The notes: a model not told the origin generated them from the letters alone. Positions 42,382 through 51,237 are shown, numbered from the stretch's first letter. The stretch: DNA of 64,000 nt from Alphaproteobacteria bacterium (GCA_016779005.1 JADHOL010000006.1:32929-96928), one strand, 5' to 3'. Program-made: numbers and translations.

Positions 42382-43077
42382 ATGGCTGGCAAAGATAAAA
42401 ACACACCCGTTGAAATCAACAGAGAAACATTATCTGGAGGAATTCTTCAAAAACTTGCGGCAGAACGTACAGGTCAACCTGTAAAGCTTCTAAGCGAAGA
42501 AGAGCTACTTCAATCACGCCGAAATTTTATCCAAGACGCCCATTCAGGAGAGGATATATGGATTTTCGGATATGGGAGTCTTATTTGGAATCCGTCTTTT
42601 GAATTTGATCTGCGAGAGCAGGCACATTTATTTGGATATCATCGCCGGTTTTGTTTGCGAACAACTATCACCCGCGGAAGCCCCGAGAAGCCAGGACTTG
42701 TTCTCGGCCTTGACCGCGGGGGTTCAGCAAAAGGCATAATTTTTCGGATGCCCGCTTCTATAGCTGCTCAGGAATGTGATGTAATCTGGAAGCGGGAGAT
42801 GTTAAGCGGAGCTTACGCACCAAGTTGGGTCAAGGTCAAAAACCAAGATGGCGAGCTGGTAAAGGCGATTACGTTTATTATCAGACGTGATCATCCAAGT
42901 TTTGCTGCCAGACAGCCAGAACAACACTCTGCTAAAATAATTGCAGAAGCGACAGGCATAATAGGCGCAAACTCCGAATATTTATTTAATACAGAAGCAG
43001 CGCTAACTGCAGAAGGTATACATGATTTCAGCCTAAAGCGACTTACGAATTTGGTAAGGCACTATCAGAACAGATAA
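42382..43077 (+). CDS. chaC: gamma-glutamylcyclotransferase, ChaC family
   Basis: IFGYGSLIWNP motif and GLVLGLDRGG motif. Confidence 0.87.
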   Translation: MAGKDKNTPVEINRETLSGGILQKLAAERTGQPVKLLSEEELLQSRRNFIQDAHSGEDIWIFGYGSLIWNPSFEFDLREQAHLFGYHRRFCLRTTITRGSPEKPGLVLGLDRGGSAKGIIFRMPASIAAQECDVIWKREMLSGAYAPSWVKVKNQDGELVKAITFIIRRDHPSFAARQPEQHSAKIIAEATGIIGANSEYLFNTEAALTAEGIHDFSLKRLTNLVRHYQNR

Positions 43078-43113
43078 TGCCCCCCAAATTAAGCAACCAT
43101 CAAAGCCGTTATC

Positions 43114-43971
43114 TTAGCTAGGCCAAGTACCGCCCAAAGCACGTGTTAATTCTTTTGCTGTGCGAAGGGTAACTCTTCCAAAGTTTGGTAGCTTCTGTTC
43201 CTCAATGCGAACAGACGGACCGCTTACAGACAAGGCGCCAATAACAACAGAATTCGCATCGAAAATAGGAGATGCGATACATCTCAATCCCTCAGAATTT
43301 TCCTCATCATCTATAGCGTAGGCAATCTGTTTAGCTTTAGCAATCTCGCGCGAGAAGGAAGCCTCATCCATGATACTTTTGCGCGTAAACTGAGTAAACC
43401 CTGCCTGATTTATAATCTGGCTAACCGTACTTGGCTTTGAAAAAGCAAGGCAAATTTTTCCAACCGCAGAGCATGTCCAAGGCGCTTTTGCCCCAGGCTT
43501 TGAAAGCGCTCTCATTAATTGTGGACATTCCACCTGAGATACATACATAAGCGAATTGCCATCATTGTCTAACAATGCAAGGTTCGAGGTCTCCCCTGTT
43601 TCTTGCATCATCATCCGCAAATAGGGACGCGCCATATGGCTGATATCTCTTGAGCGCATATAGGACGAGCCAACATTGAATGCTTGCACACCAACAAGCC
43701 ATCGCCCCTCTTCAAAACGCACAAATCTGTCGAGCTGAAGGGTTGTTAGCAATCGATGTGCTGTTGAAGGCGCTAATTTAACACGCCTTGCGAGCTCAGA
43801 AAGGTTTAACCCATCCTGTTCTTCTGCTAATTTTGATAATAAACTTAACGCACGCGATACTGATTGCGTGTGTCCGCTTCTTTTTTCCGAAAATCCATCT
43901 GGCACTTTATGTATCCTAACATGTTGTACCAGCCCCAGATTTAAGATGGGCTGTTTACAGATAAAAGGCAA
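43114..43971 (-). CDS. IclR family transcriptional regulator
   Basis: N-terminal wHTH (SVSRALSLLSKLAEEQDGLNLSELARRVKLAPSTAHRLLTTL) and C-terminal IclR effector domain. Start uncertain: an in-frame GTG further downstream is possible. Confidence 0.87.
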   Translation of the reverse strand: MPFICKQPILNLGLVQHVRIHKVPDGFSEKRSGHTQSVSRALSLLSKLAEEQDGLNLSELARRVKLAPSTAHRLLTTLQLDRFVRFEEGRWLVGVQAFNVGSSYMRSRDISHMARPYLRMMMQETGETSNLALLDNDGNSLMYVSQVECPQLMRALSKPGAKAPWTCSAVGKICLAFSKPSTVSQIINQAGFTQFTRKSIMDEASFSREIAKAKQIAYAIDDEENSEGLRCIASPIFDANSVVIGALSVSGPSVRIEEQKLPNFGRVTLRTAKELTRALGGTWPS

Positions 43972-44225
43972 GGATAAAGATATATTAATTTTTTCTCATC
44001 TAATAAAATAAGTGTATTCTTGATGCTGTTGCTCAAAAACCTGCCTTTAATTAAATTAAACTAATTCATATTTTTAGTTCTGTTTGTCCTAATAATGCGT
44101 TTCTATTTCGTCTAATTATTTACAGCTTTGCCTATAAAATATCTTTGACCTTAAACAATATGCTCGTTATGTAGGTATAGATTTGTTGCTATAAGTTTGT
44201 ACCGATATCTACATGGTGTCTAACT

Positions 44226-44247
44226 GGTGTTTATGTGGTGTTTATGT
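44226..44247. repeat. 11-bp tandem duplication GGTGTTTATGT x2 upstream of tRNA-Leu
   Basis: Read directly. Perfect copies, 20 nt upstream of the tRNA 5' end. Confidence 0.9.
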
Positions 44248-44266
44248 GGCAAACGCGCTCTCTTTC

Positions 44267-44351
44267 GGGGATATGGTGAAATTGGTAAACACGCTGGATT
44301 CAAAATCCAGTGCCGCAAGGCTTCTCGGTTCAAGTCCGAGTATCCCCACCA
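44267..44351 (+). tRNA. tRNA-Leu (anticodon CAA), encoded CCA
   Basis: Acceptor stem GGGGATA/TATCCCC, D arm GGTGAAATTGGTAAACAC, anticodon stem-loop CTGGA-TTCAAAA-TCCAG, long variable arm, T arm GGTTCAAGTCC, 3' ACCA. Confidence 0.93.
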
Positions 44352-44386
44352 ATATCAAATAATCAATAGTCGCTTCTACTCCATCT

Positions 44387-45446
44387 TTAAAATGACATAT
44401 TTAAAAGGGCCGCGATTATAATTACTTGTGGCACTGTGATAAGAGGCAGAAATAGCGCAATTTTCCAGCTTTTAGTGGTGTCTTTCAAAATTGCGATTTC
44501 AGTATAGTCAGTTGCAACACCAGACATTAAAAAAAGCAAATCCATTTCCAGGTGCATGCGCACGATTTAATATATCTGTGGCAAGTGGTGTTGAGCCTTC
44601 TGAACATACTTCGATTATGGTTGCCACGATGATGGTTATAGCCAAACCAGTAAAGGTAGGCCCAAAATAATTCTGAAATTGTGCTGGATCTAAAACAATT
44701 CTGATTACCGAGGCGAGCAATATGCCAAACAATAACCAGCGCACCACCATTTTGGATTCAATAATGCCGTCCAAAATGACTTCTTTAAAAAACTGAAAAT
44801 CAAATTTTGTTGCCGAAATTCCTATTTTTGTATTCTTCCAAAATTGAAATCCTTCTGGCAGTTCCACCTGATTATGATTTGCAGGCAGGATTCCGCGTTT
44901 AACAAATAGCTCGAAAAACCAACCTGTAATTATTGCAATTACAAGAGAGAGTAGAATAAAAACCATCGTCCAGAAAAATCCAATTAAGCCTATTAATACT
45001 AACGTTAGCGAAAATGAGTTCCACGGGCTTGCCAATAGAAAGGCAATAACCTGTCCTGCACTTGCCCCACGCTCATATAACTTTACCGCAACCATCAATA
45101 TTCCATGAGAGCATAAATCGAGTAATACGCCTGCGCCAGCGGATCGCAATAATCCGTTGAAAGACCCCCCTTTCCCCAAGATAGATAAAATAAACTCTCG
45201 TGGAACTTTGGATAAAAGGCCAATGAACAAAGCGCCAATAGCAACACCCCACCAAATAGAATGAACCATATGATAAACAAACAAGGACAAGGTGGTTAGC
45301 CATGGCTGGCTAGGCGTATCAATGAAGGCTAGGATGAATAAAACACTAACAAAAAACAAAGAACCCCAGAAAAAGATATCGATTTCTTTCTTTCCTGGAT
45401 GACATGAGGGCTGGTTTGGTTGATGTTGATGCTGTGTTTTAGACAT
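44387..45446 (-). pseudogene. YraQ/ArsP_1-type (PF03773-like) permease interrupted by a 1-nt frameshift in an A7/T7 homopolymer
   Basis: The track ORF (44508-45479) ends ...GNGFAFFNVWCCN*. The next frame continues open to the TAA at 44387-44389 as VATDYTEIAILKDTTKSWKIALFLPLITVPQVIIIAALLNMSF*. Removing one A from the run at 44529-44535 gives GFAFLMSGVATDYTEIAIL..., matching the expected family C-terminus. The CSEG motif (IIEVCSEGSTP) is present. Confidence 0.75.
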
Positions 45447-45448
45447 TT

Positions 45449-45484
45449 TTCCTGAACCAAGTTTTTTTTCCTGAACCAAGTTTT
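45449..45484. repeat. direct duplication of TTCCTGAACCAAGTTTT (19-bp period) at the permease 5' end
   Basis: Read directly. On the coding (minus) strand each copy reads AACTTGGTTCAGGAAAA and carries an SD-like AGGA. Confidence 0.9.
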
Positions 45485-45513
45485 GTTTCCTTATGTTTTT
45501 TCGCTAAAAAAAT

Positions 45514-45538
45514 AGGCCAAAGATACAGGCTAAAGATA
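45514..45538. repeat. two copies of AGGC(C/T)AAAGATA with a 13-bp period
   Basis: Read directly: aggccaaagata-c-aggctaaagata. Confidence 0.85.
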
Positions 45539-45562
45539 TGAGATGTGTATGATAGTCGCCCG

Positions 45563-45584
45563 TTCTTTAATTTTTCTTTAATTT
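45563..45584. repeat. perfect 11-bp tandem duplication TTCTTTAATTT x2
   Basis: Read directly. Confidence 0.9.
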
Positions 45585-45733
45585 AATTCTCGAAAGCCAT
45601 TTTTGAGTCCCCCTTTCAACGCCTTGAATAATGAAGAGTGTGCTTCAGATAGCGATATCTCAAAAATTTACTTGTGTTTTCGCATGAGGCTATCTAACAC
45701 CACACCAGAATGGCCGTTTCAGGAGAGCTAAAA

Positions 45734-46327
45734 ATGTTAAAATGGGTGCCTTATAGCTCCAAACTGCACGCTATTTCCTCATTTATTCAACGAAAAGCGG
45801 GTAGTCAGAAAGCGCGCTGGGGATTATATTTTTATTCTGCATTAGAATCCATTATAATTCCCGTGCCAACAGACCCTTTGCTAGCTGCATGCGTTTATGC
45901 TGCTCCAAAAAGATGGTGGAAACTTGCAATCTGGACAGCAATTTATTCTGTTATAGGCGGATTAATTGGCTGGGGATTGGGCTGGTTTATGGGCGATCTT
46001 ATCAGCTTTATGTTGCAAAATGACACTATTCCATTTTTATCAGCCAAAAAATTTGAGGCTGTCTCCACCGGATTTTCAGAACATGGCTTACTTATTATAG
46101 TGTTGGGGGCTTTTACACCGCTGCCTTTTAAGCTCGTAACTATCACAGCAGGGTTGTTTCAATTTGGCGTTTTACCCTTTATTATCGCAGCATTATTCGG
46201 CAGAACGGTCCGGTTCTTGTTAGTAGCTGGATTAGTAAAATATCACCAAAATCCAAAAATTTTAATTTTGATCAGCTCTATTATTGGAATTGTAATTACT
46301 GTGAGTTATATCATTTTAGGACATTAA
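45734..46327 (+). CDS. YqaA/DedA-related membrane protein
   Basis: ALESIIIPVPTDPLLAA motif typical of the YqaA family. AGGAG RBS 9 nt before the ATG at 45734. Confidence 0.8.
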   Translation: MLKWVPYSSKLHAISSFIQRKAGSQKARWGLYFYSALESIIIPVPTDPLLAACVYAAPKRWWKLAIWTAIYSVIGGLIGWGLGWFMGDLISFMLQNDTIPFLSAKKFEAVSTGFSEHGLLIIVLGAFTPLPFKLVTITAGLFQFGVLPFIIAALFGRTVRFLLVAGLVKYHQNPKILILISSIIGIVITVSYIILGH

Positions 46328-46371
46328 TTATATCGCAACAATAATCATCAATCTATATTGGGTATCCGTAA

Positions 46372-46851
46372 TTGCAGATTTCTTATAAACAAGCGTTGAT
46401 ATTATCTGCTTTGGCCTCTTTTGGCCTTCTGGCAGGGGCATTCTGGTTTGAAATTATTGTTGGACTTCCTCCGTGTACTTTATGCATCTGGCAACGCTGG
46501 CCACATGCCATCGTTATTGCAATTGCTGGTATTGGCCTTGTCGCTATCAAACAAAATTGGATGTTATTATTAATAGCTCTGTCTGCGATTAGCACAGCTC
46601 TGATTGGGTTATATCATTCAGGGGTAGAACAAGGATGGTGGTCTGGCCCTTCTGGATGCAGCAACCAGTTGAATTCAGACACAGACATATCTAGTTTAAC
46701 AACATCCCTATTAGAGATGCCAGTAGTTAAATGTGATGAAATTGCATGGTCACTAATGGGAATATCAATGGCTGGTTGGAATAGCATTGCAAGCTTTGCT
46801 ATTGCCGTATTTGCCTTTCTCTGTTGGAAGAAATTAACACAAACACATTAA
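46372..46851 (+). CDS. disulfide bond formation protein B family protein
   Basis: Four TM helices. CTLCIWQRWPH (CxxC) and a second periplasmic Cys pair (GCSNQ...VKCDE). TTG start as given in the track. Confidence 0.8.
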   Translation: MQISYKQALILSALASFGLLAGAFWFEIIVGLPPCTLCIWQRWPHAIVIAIAGIGLVAIKQNWMLLLIALSAISTALIGLYHSGVEQGWWSGPSGCSNQLNSDTDISSLTTSLLEMPVVKCDEIAWSLMGISMAGWNSIASFAIAVFAFLCWKKLTQTH

Positions 46852-46872
46852 CACAAAGACTGGGATAGTATC

Positions 46873-47394
46873 ATGCATAATAAGCAGCAATTAGCGGAGT
46901 TTCTAAGAGTAGACCATGCAGGGGAGCGTGCTGCACAAACAATCTATAAAGGCCAGTTAGCCGTGTTAAAAAACCAACCTGCGGCAGCGGAAATACAGCA
47001 TATGATGGAGCAAGAACAAGTCCATCTTGATACCTTCGACACACTCTTGAATGAATATCAGGTTCGCCCCTCACTGTTAGACCCAGTATGGGGATTTGCT
47101 GGCTTTAGCCTTGGTATGGTTAGTGCTGCACTTGGGCCCAAAGCAGCAATGGCTTGCACGATTGCTGTTGAGGAAGTAATCGGCGGACATTATCAAAAAC
47201 AGGTCGATGCGCTGGAGCATACGGATGTTGACCCTGAGCTTGTAAACACATTAGCACAATTTCGCGATGAAGAGCTTGAGCATAAGGATATTGCGGTGGC
47301 TAGCGAAGGCGAAAAAGCGCCTGCCTATCAGCTTCTAAAATTCGTGATTCAAACAGGATGCAAAGCAGCTATTAAGGTTGCTGAGAAAATCTAA
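46873..47394 (+). CDS. coq7: demethoxyubiquinone hydroxylase (Coq7 family di-iron enzyme)
   Basis: RVDHAGERAA motif and duplicated E-x-x-H di-iron motifs (EQEQVHL, EELEHKD). 173 aa. Confidence 0.9.
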   Translation: MHNKQQLAEFLRVDHAGERAAQTIYKGQLAVLKNQPAAAEIQHMMEQEQVHLDTFDTLLNEYQVRPSLLDPVWGFAGFSLGMVSAALGPKAAMACTIAVEEVIGGHYQKQVDALEHTDVDPELVNTLAQFRDEELEHKDIAVASEGEKAPAYQLLKFVIQTGCKAAIKVAEKI

Positions 47395-47429
47395 GAGCTT
47401 AAAAATTTACAATACCAGATACGCAAACC

Positions 47430-48050
47430 CTAATGAGGTGGGCTGTCCAATTCTAATTCAACATCCCAGTAAAGATAATCTCTCCAAGTATGATGCAAAT
47501 GGTTTGGGGGAAACTTCCTGCCATTTTCCTGTAATTGATAGGTGTTTGGTCTAATAGGAGGTTTGATAGGGCTGACACCTCCTTTGCTAGGCATTTTATT
47601 GGCTTTCTGCAAATTACATCTGGTGCAGGCCGCTACAACATTTTCCCAATTTGTTCTGCCGCCTCTTGAGCGCGGAATCACATGGTCAAATGTTAATTCG
47701 CTCGCCACAAAAGGTTTGCTGCAATACTGGCAACAAAACCCATCTCTCAGAAAGACATTAAAGCGTGTGAATGCTGGATTACGAGACTGATGAACATACT
47801 CCTTTAATGCGATTACGGATGGAAGCTCAATCTGAAAACTTGGCGAAGATACGACACGTTCATATTTCTGGACGATATCAACGCGCTCAAGAAAAACAGC
47901 CTTTACAACATCCTGCCATCCCCATAATGAGAGAGGATAGTAACTCAACGGTCGATAATCCGCATTTAACACTAATGCTGGGGGAAGTTCACCAGCAGTG
48001 GAAAACACCTTTGGCGTAATAGCATTCATTTTAGAGCTTCTCTCCTTCAA
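47430..48050 (-). CDS. HNH endonuclease family protein (conserved stand-alone type)
   Basis: CQYC...DHVIPRSRGGRTNWENVVAACTRCNLQK HNH/zinc motif. The start may be the Met at 48029. Confidence 0.85.
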   Translation of the reverse strand: MKERSSKMNAITPKVFSTAGELPPALVLNADYRPLSYYPLSLWGWQDVVKAVFLERVDIVQKYERVVSSPSFQIELPSVIALKEYVHQSRNPAFTRFNVFLRDGFCCQYCSKPFVASELTFDHVIPRSRGGRTNWENVVAACTRCNLQKANKMPSKGGVSPIKPPIRPNTYQLQENGRKFPPNHLHHTWRDYLYWDVELELDSPPH

Positions 48051-48163
48051 TAATCACATATTTAGTATTAACAAAATTGAATCATAACAATATGTGGGTG
48101 TCTAGCCAAAATAAATGACGATCTTGTGACTATTCTTAAATAAGTCACATCTCTTGTTATGTT

Positions 48164-48811
48164 TTAACTTAGATGGCTATGGATAAAGTGCCTTGCAGAA
48201 TCAAGGCCTGTCTCACTTATTGAGTGGCCAATGCCCTTTTCAAGAACTACTTCTACATCATATCCTTTCTCTTCAAGATGAGACTGTGCATCTATTAATG
48301 CAGTTGCTGGAACCACGTCATCCAAGTCCCCATGTATCAGCAATATTGGTGGGCTCGAACCAGTCGCTTTAGCCAGTCTTTGTTCTGTTAGGAGCGCGCC
48401 TGAAAAGCTTATCAATCCAGCTAATTCATATGCTGGACCAGCCGCCAGCGTCATCATTCCCCCTTGCGAGAAGCCCCCTAATATAATTTGAGATGCTGGC
48501 AGTGAGAATTCGTCAAAAACACTGTTAAGTAGCTCATCCAAATCATCCATAGCCATTATAGCGCCATTCTCACCTTGCTGAATATCAAACCATTCTCGCC
48601 CATGGGGTGACGCTGCACATGGATATGGGGCGTTTGGCGCATAAAATGCGCATCCTTGTTTAACTTGTCCTAAAATAGGTGCAAGACCAAACATATCGGC
48701 GGCATCCGCTCCCCAGCCATGAAGCAGAATTATGAGTGATGTTACCTCATCTGTCTTGATGGGTGGTTGATAGATACCCTCAAATTTGCCAATTTTTTTT
48801 ATTTCTGCCAT
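48164..48811 (-). CDS. alpha/beta hydrolase, phospholipase/carboxylesterase family
   Basis: Nucleophile elbow GFSQGG. HG and D/H residues in LIHGDLDDVV and GIGHSI. Confidence 0.85.
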   Translation of the reverse strand: MAEIKKIGKFEGIYQPPIKTDEVTSLIILLHGWGADAADMFGLAPILGQVKQGCAFYAPNAPYPCAASPHGREWFDIQQGENGAIMAMDDLDELLNSVFDEFSLPASQIILGGFSQGGMMTLAAGPAYELAGLISFSGALLTEQRLAKATGSSPPILLIHGDLDDVVPATALIDAQSHLEEKGYDVEVVLEKGIGHSISETGLDSARHFIHSHLS

Positions 48812-48970
48812 GGATTAATCCTTTTAAATGGTCTCAGACGCGGCCTTCTGGCGCATTTTTTAAAAACGCCCTTGGGGATTATTGTTGCATCTTTATGGCA
48901 TCCTGCAAATACTATAATCATGGTCTTTAATCCTAAAACAACACATCATGCATTGTCATTGATTGAAGAT

Positions 48971-49849
48971 ATGGCACCTGTCATTACATCTGAATTATAT
49001 GCTGATATTATAAACAAAAACGGATGGCGCACCAGATTTGCACCAAGTCCAACTGGTTTTCTGCATATAGGGCATGCCTATGCTGCCTATGTCGTCTGGC
49101 AAATAGCTGGCGAAAACCCTAATAAATTTTTGTTACGTATTGATGATTTGGATTATACCCGCTGTTCCGATAAATATATCAATCAGCTGAAAAGCGACTT
49201 AAGCTGGTTGGATATTAGCTGGAATAGTCAAGAAACATATCAGTCCCAGCGCTTGAGAAGATATTCACAAGCGCTTCAAACTTTACTGGAAGCAGACCTT
49301 ATCTATCCGTGTTATTTATCACGAATGGAAATATCTGACTTCTTGTCACCGCCTAGCATAGCGCAAATATCGCAACCTTGCACACGCGGAGCTCTTTCTT
49401 CTAAAGAAATCCATAAAAGACAACAACGCGGTATAAAACCAGCCCTAAGGCTGGATATGTCCAAGGCTATTCAACATGTTGGAGAAGTCAGTTGGACGCG
49501 TCTTGATGGTATTATTATAAGGGCGGAACCTGCCAAATTTGGTGATATTATCCTTGGCAGGCGGGATATAACTGCCTGTTATCACTTAAGTGTGGTTTTA
49601 GATGATGCAGACTCAAATATTGAAGTCGTGACAAGAGGGGAAGATTTGCGCTCAAGCACAGATATACATTGCCTGTTACAAAAACTATTAGGGCTTCCAT
49701 CGCCTATTTATTTTCACCATCCCGTTATTTTAGGTGAAGATGGGAAAAAACTCTCAAAAAGACACAAATCACCCTCATTACATAACTTACAAGATACACA
49801 TTTAACTCTCAAAAATATACTTAGAAAAGAATTAGTGATTAATTTTTAA
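48971..49849 (+). CDS. gluQ: glutamyl-Q tRNA(Asp) synthetase
   Basis: RFAPSPTGFLHIGHAYAA (HIGH) and KLSKR (KMSKS-like) motifs. Short GluRS catalytic domain only. Start uncertain (ATG at 48971 or 48920). The track N-terminus overlaps the divergent esterase and is rejected. Confidence 0.85.
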   Translation: MAPVITSELYADIINKNGWRTRFAPSPTGFLHIGHAYAAYVVWQIAGENPNKFLLRIDDLDYTRCSDKYINQLKSDLSWLDISWNSQETYQSQRLRRYSQALQTLLEADLIYPCYLSRMEISDFLSPPSIAQISQPCTRGALSSKEIHKRQQRGIKPALRLDMSKAIQHVGEVSWTRLDGIIIRAEPAKFGDIILGRRDITACYHLSVVLDDADSNIEVVTRGEDLRSSTDIHCLLQKLLGLPSPIYFHHPVILGEDGKKLSKRHKSPSLHNLQDTHLTLKNILRKELVINF

Positions 49850-49887
49850 GCTTTGGATAAATTATTCATCAAACCCAGCTTCTCTAC

Positions 49888-49918
49888 TTGACATAAAAGA
49901 TTAAAAGTCACATATATT
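49888..49918 (+). promoter_or_regulatory. candidate sigma70-type promoter (TTGACA ... TATATT)
   Basis: TTGACA at 49888-49893. CATATA/TATATT at 49911-49918 with 17-19 nt spacing. No CDS follows on this strand. Confidence 0.35.
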
Positions 49919-49922
49919 CACT

Positions 49923-49989
49923 ATGTACGATTATTTTCGTATGTTTCCTCCCTAAACTTGGTCGTGACTCTGTCACGACCCTTTTTTTT
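49923..49989 (+). ncRNA. candidate small RNA (~65 nt) with a single-stranded CCUCCC anti-SD motif
   Basis: 5' hairpin TACGA-ttattt-TCGTA (49926-49941), unpaired UUUCCUCCCUAAACUU, terminator hairpin GGTCGTGAC-tct-GTCACGACC and U8. Boundaries are inferred, not measured. Confidence 0.4.
49960..49989 (+). terminator. rho-independent terminator
   Basis: Perfect 9-bp stem GGTCGTGAC/GTCACGACC, 3-nt loop, followed by C and T8. Unidirectional: there is no T tract on the other strand. Confidence 0.75.
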
Positions 49990-50052
49990 AACTATATTAT
50001 TGATAATTAGGAAATTTATTGTTTCTTAAATTGAATTAATAATATAAGGAAT

Positions 50053-51237
50053 TTAAGCTGGTTGATTTGTCAATTTTGGCTTGCCGATAATGAGCGCTAC
50101 TGCAATCAAGAAAATCGGGGCAAATGCTATCATCATCATAACCGCCCATCCTAATTCACTATGCGCCATACCAGACAACATCGAAGCTGTAGCAACAACG
50201 CTAAAAATGCAAAAATCTGCAATACCTTGAACTCTGCCTCTTTCTTCTGGGCTTGCGCTATTTGCGATGACGGAGCTACCTCCTACATATAAAAAATTCC
50301 AACCAATGCCTAAGAAAATCAAGGCACCCAGATAAATATAAAAACCAGTTCCACTAAGTGCTATCATGGATGCGGCAACATAACACGCTAATCCAGCCCA
50401 TAATATTTTTCCAACACCGAATTTGGCAATTAGCACACCAGAAAATAAAGAGGGTGCAAACATCGCTACCACGTGCCATTGAATAACACGCGCATTTGCT
50501 TCATGCGATAATCTACTTACATCCACAACTTGAAGCGGTGTTGCGGTCATCAAAAACGTCATAATACAATAACCAAGAGCGGCCGCAATTAGCCCTGATA
50601 AAAAAGAAGGCATTTGAAAAAATTTAGTGATCGGTCGTCCTTGTTGTTTTTGTCTCTTAACTGGCGGTATATCTAATCCCCAGATTATAGGAATCGCTAT
50701 CATCTGAACTAGACCAGTTACAATAAAGCAGCCAGCATATAGGCTATTTGGCAACAGATCTACAGTGCGATAGGCAATTTCAGGCCCAATAATAGCAGAG
50801 GCTAATCCTCCTAATAATACGAAAGAGACCGCTTTTGCTTTTTCAGCGCCTTGTGCTGCATCCGCTGCGGCATATCGATAGAATTGCGCAACTCCTTGAC
50901 CTAATCCCAGTAAAAATGAAGAAATCACAAGAGGCGCAAAACTCTCTGTTAAGATAGATAAAGCTTGACCAAATGCACCGATAGTAACCATCAAAACGCC
51001 GATTAGGAAAATCAGCCGCCTGCCAAAATGAGCCATTAGTAATGAGGCTGGGATTGTGGCTACCATAACAGCAATGAATTGTATAGAAACTGGCAATGTT
51101 ATGAGCCAAGGTGAGGGTGCTAACAGAGATCCCACCAATGCGGTATTGGTTAAATTCACATTCATAACCGTCATCATTAAAGCTTGGCTGGCTCCCATCC
51201 GCCAAACATTGCCAGAAACACCTGTGAACATTTTCAT
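50053..51237 (-). CDS. MFS transporter, translationally coupled to panC
   Basis: 12 predicted TM helices, 394 aa. ATGA overlap with the panC stop. Confidence 0.87.
   Translation of the reverse strand: MKMFTGVSGNVWRMGASQALMMTVMNVNLTNTALVGSLLAPSPWLITLPVSIQFIAVMVATIPASLLMAHFGRRLIFLIGVLMVTIGAFGQALSILTESFAPLVISSFLLGLGQGVAQFYRYAAADAAQGAEKAKAVSFVLLGGLASAIIGPEIAYRTVDLLPNSLYAGCFIVTGLVQMIAIPIIWGLDIPPVKRQKQQGRPITKFFQMPSFLSGLIAAALGYCIMTFLMTATPLQVVDVSRLSHEANARVIQWHVVAMFAPSLFSGVLIAKFGVGKILWAGLACYVAASMIALSGTGFYIYLGALIFLGIGWNFLYVGGSSVIANSASPEERGRVQGIADFCIFSVVATASMLSGMAHSELGWAVMMMIAFAPIFLIAVALIIGKPKLTNQPA

Noticed and set aside
44267-44351. tRNA-Leu as an integration site of a genomic island
   Set aside because: There is no integrase, no phage or transposon genes, and I could not see a direct repeat of the tRNA 3' end downstream. 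The neighbouring genes are ordinary membrane and redox genes. Only the frameshifted permease is unusual.
47430-48050. HNH endonuclease as a marker of a mobile element, homing intron or defence system
   Set aside because: It is a stand-alone gene of about 200 aa among housekeeping genes (coq7, esterase). No adjacent methylase, ATPase, integrase, intein or intron context or flanking repeats are present. It resembles the conserved chromosomal HNH protein common in alphaproteobacteria.
48126-48148. Inverted repeat GTGACT-N11-AGTCAC after the esterase gene as a terminator
   Set aside because: The stem is short and AT-containing with a long loop, and no adjacent T tract lies on the transcribed strand.
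49923-49955. 10-codon mini-ORF (MYDYFRMFPP*) within the candidate sRNA, read as an attenuation leader peptide
   Set aside because: There is no SD, so it could only be leaderless. More importantly, no gene lies downstream on this strand for an attenuator to control. It is noted only as an alternative reading of the sRNA candidate, and the Pro-Pro-stop ending is a curiosity.
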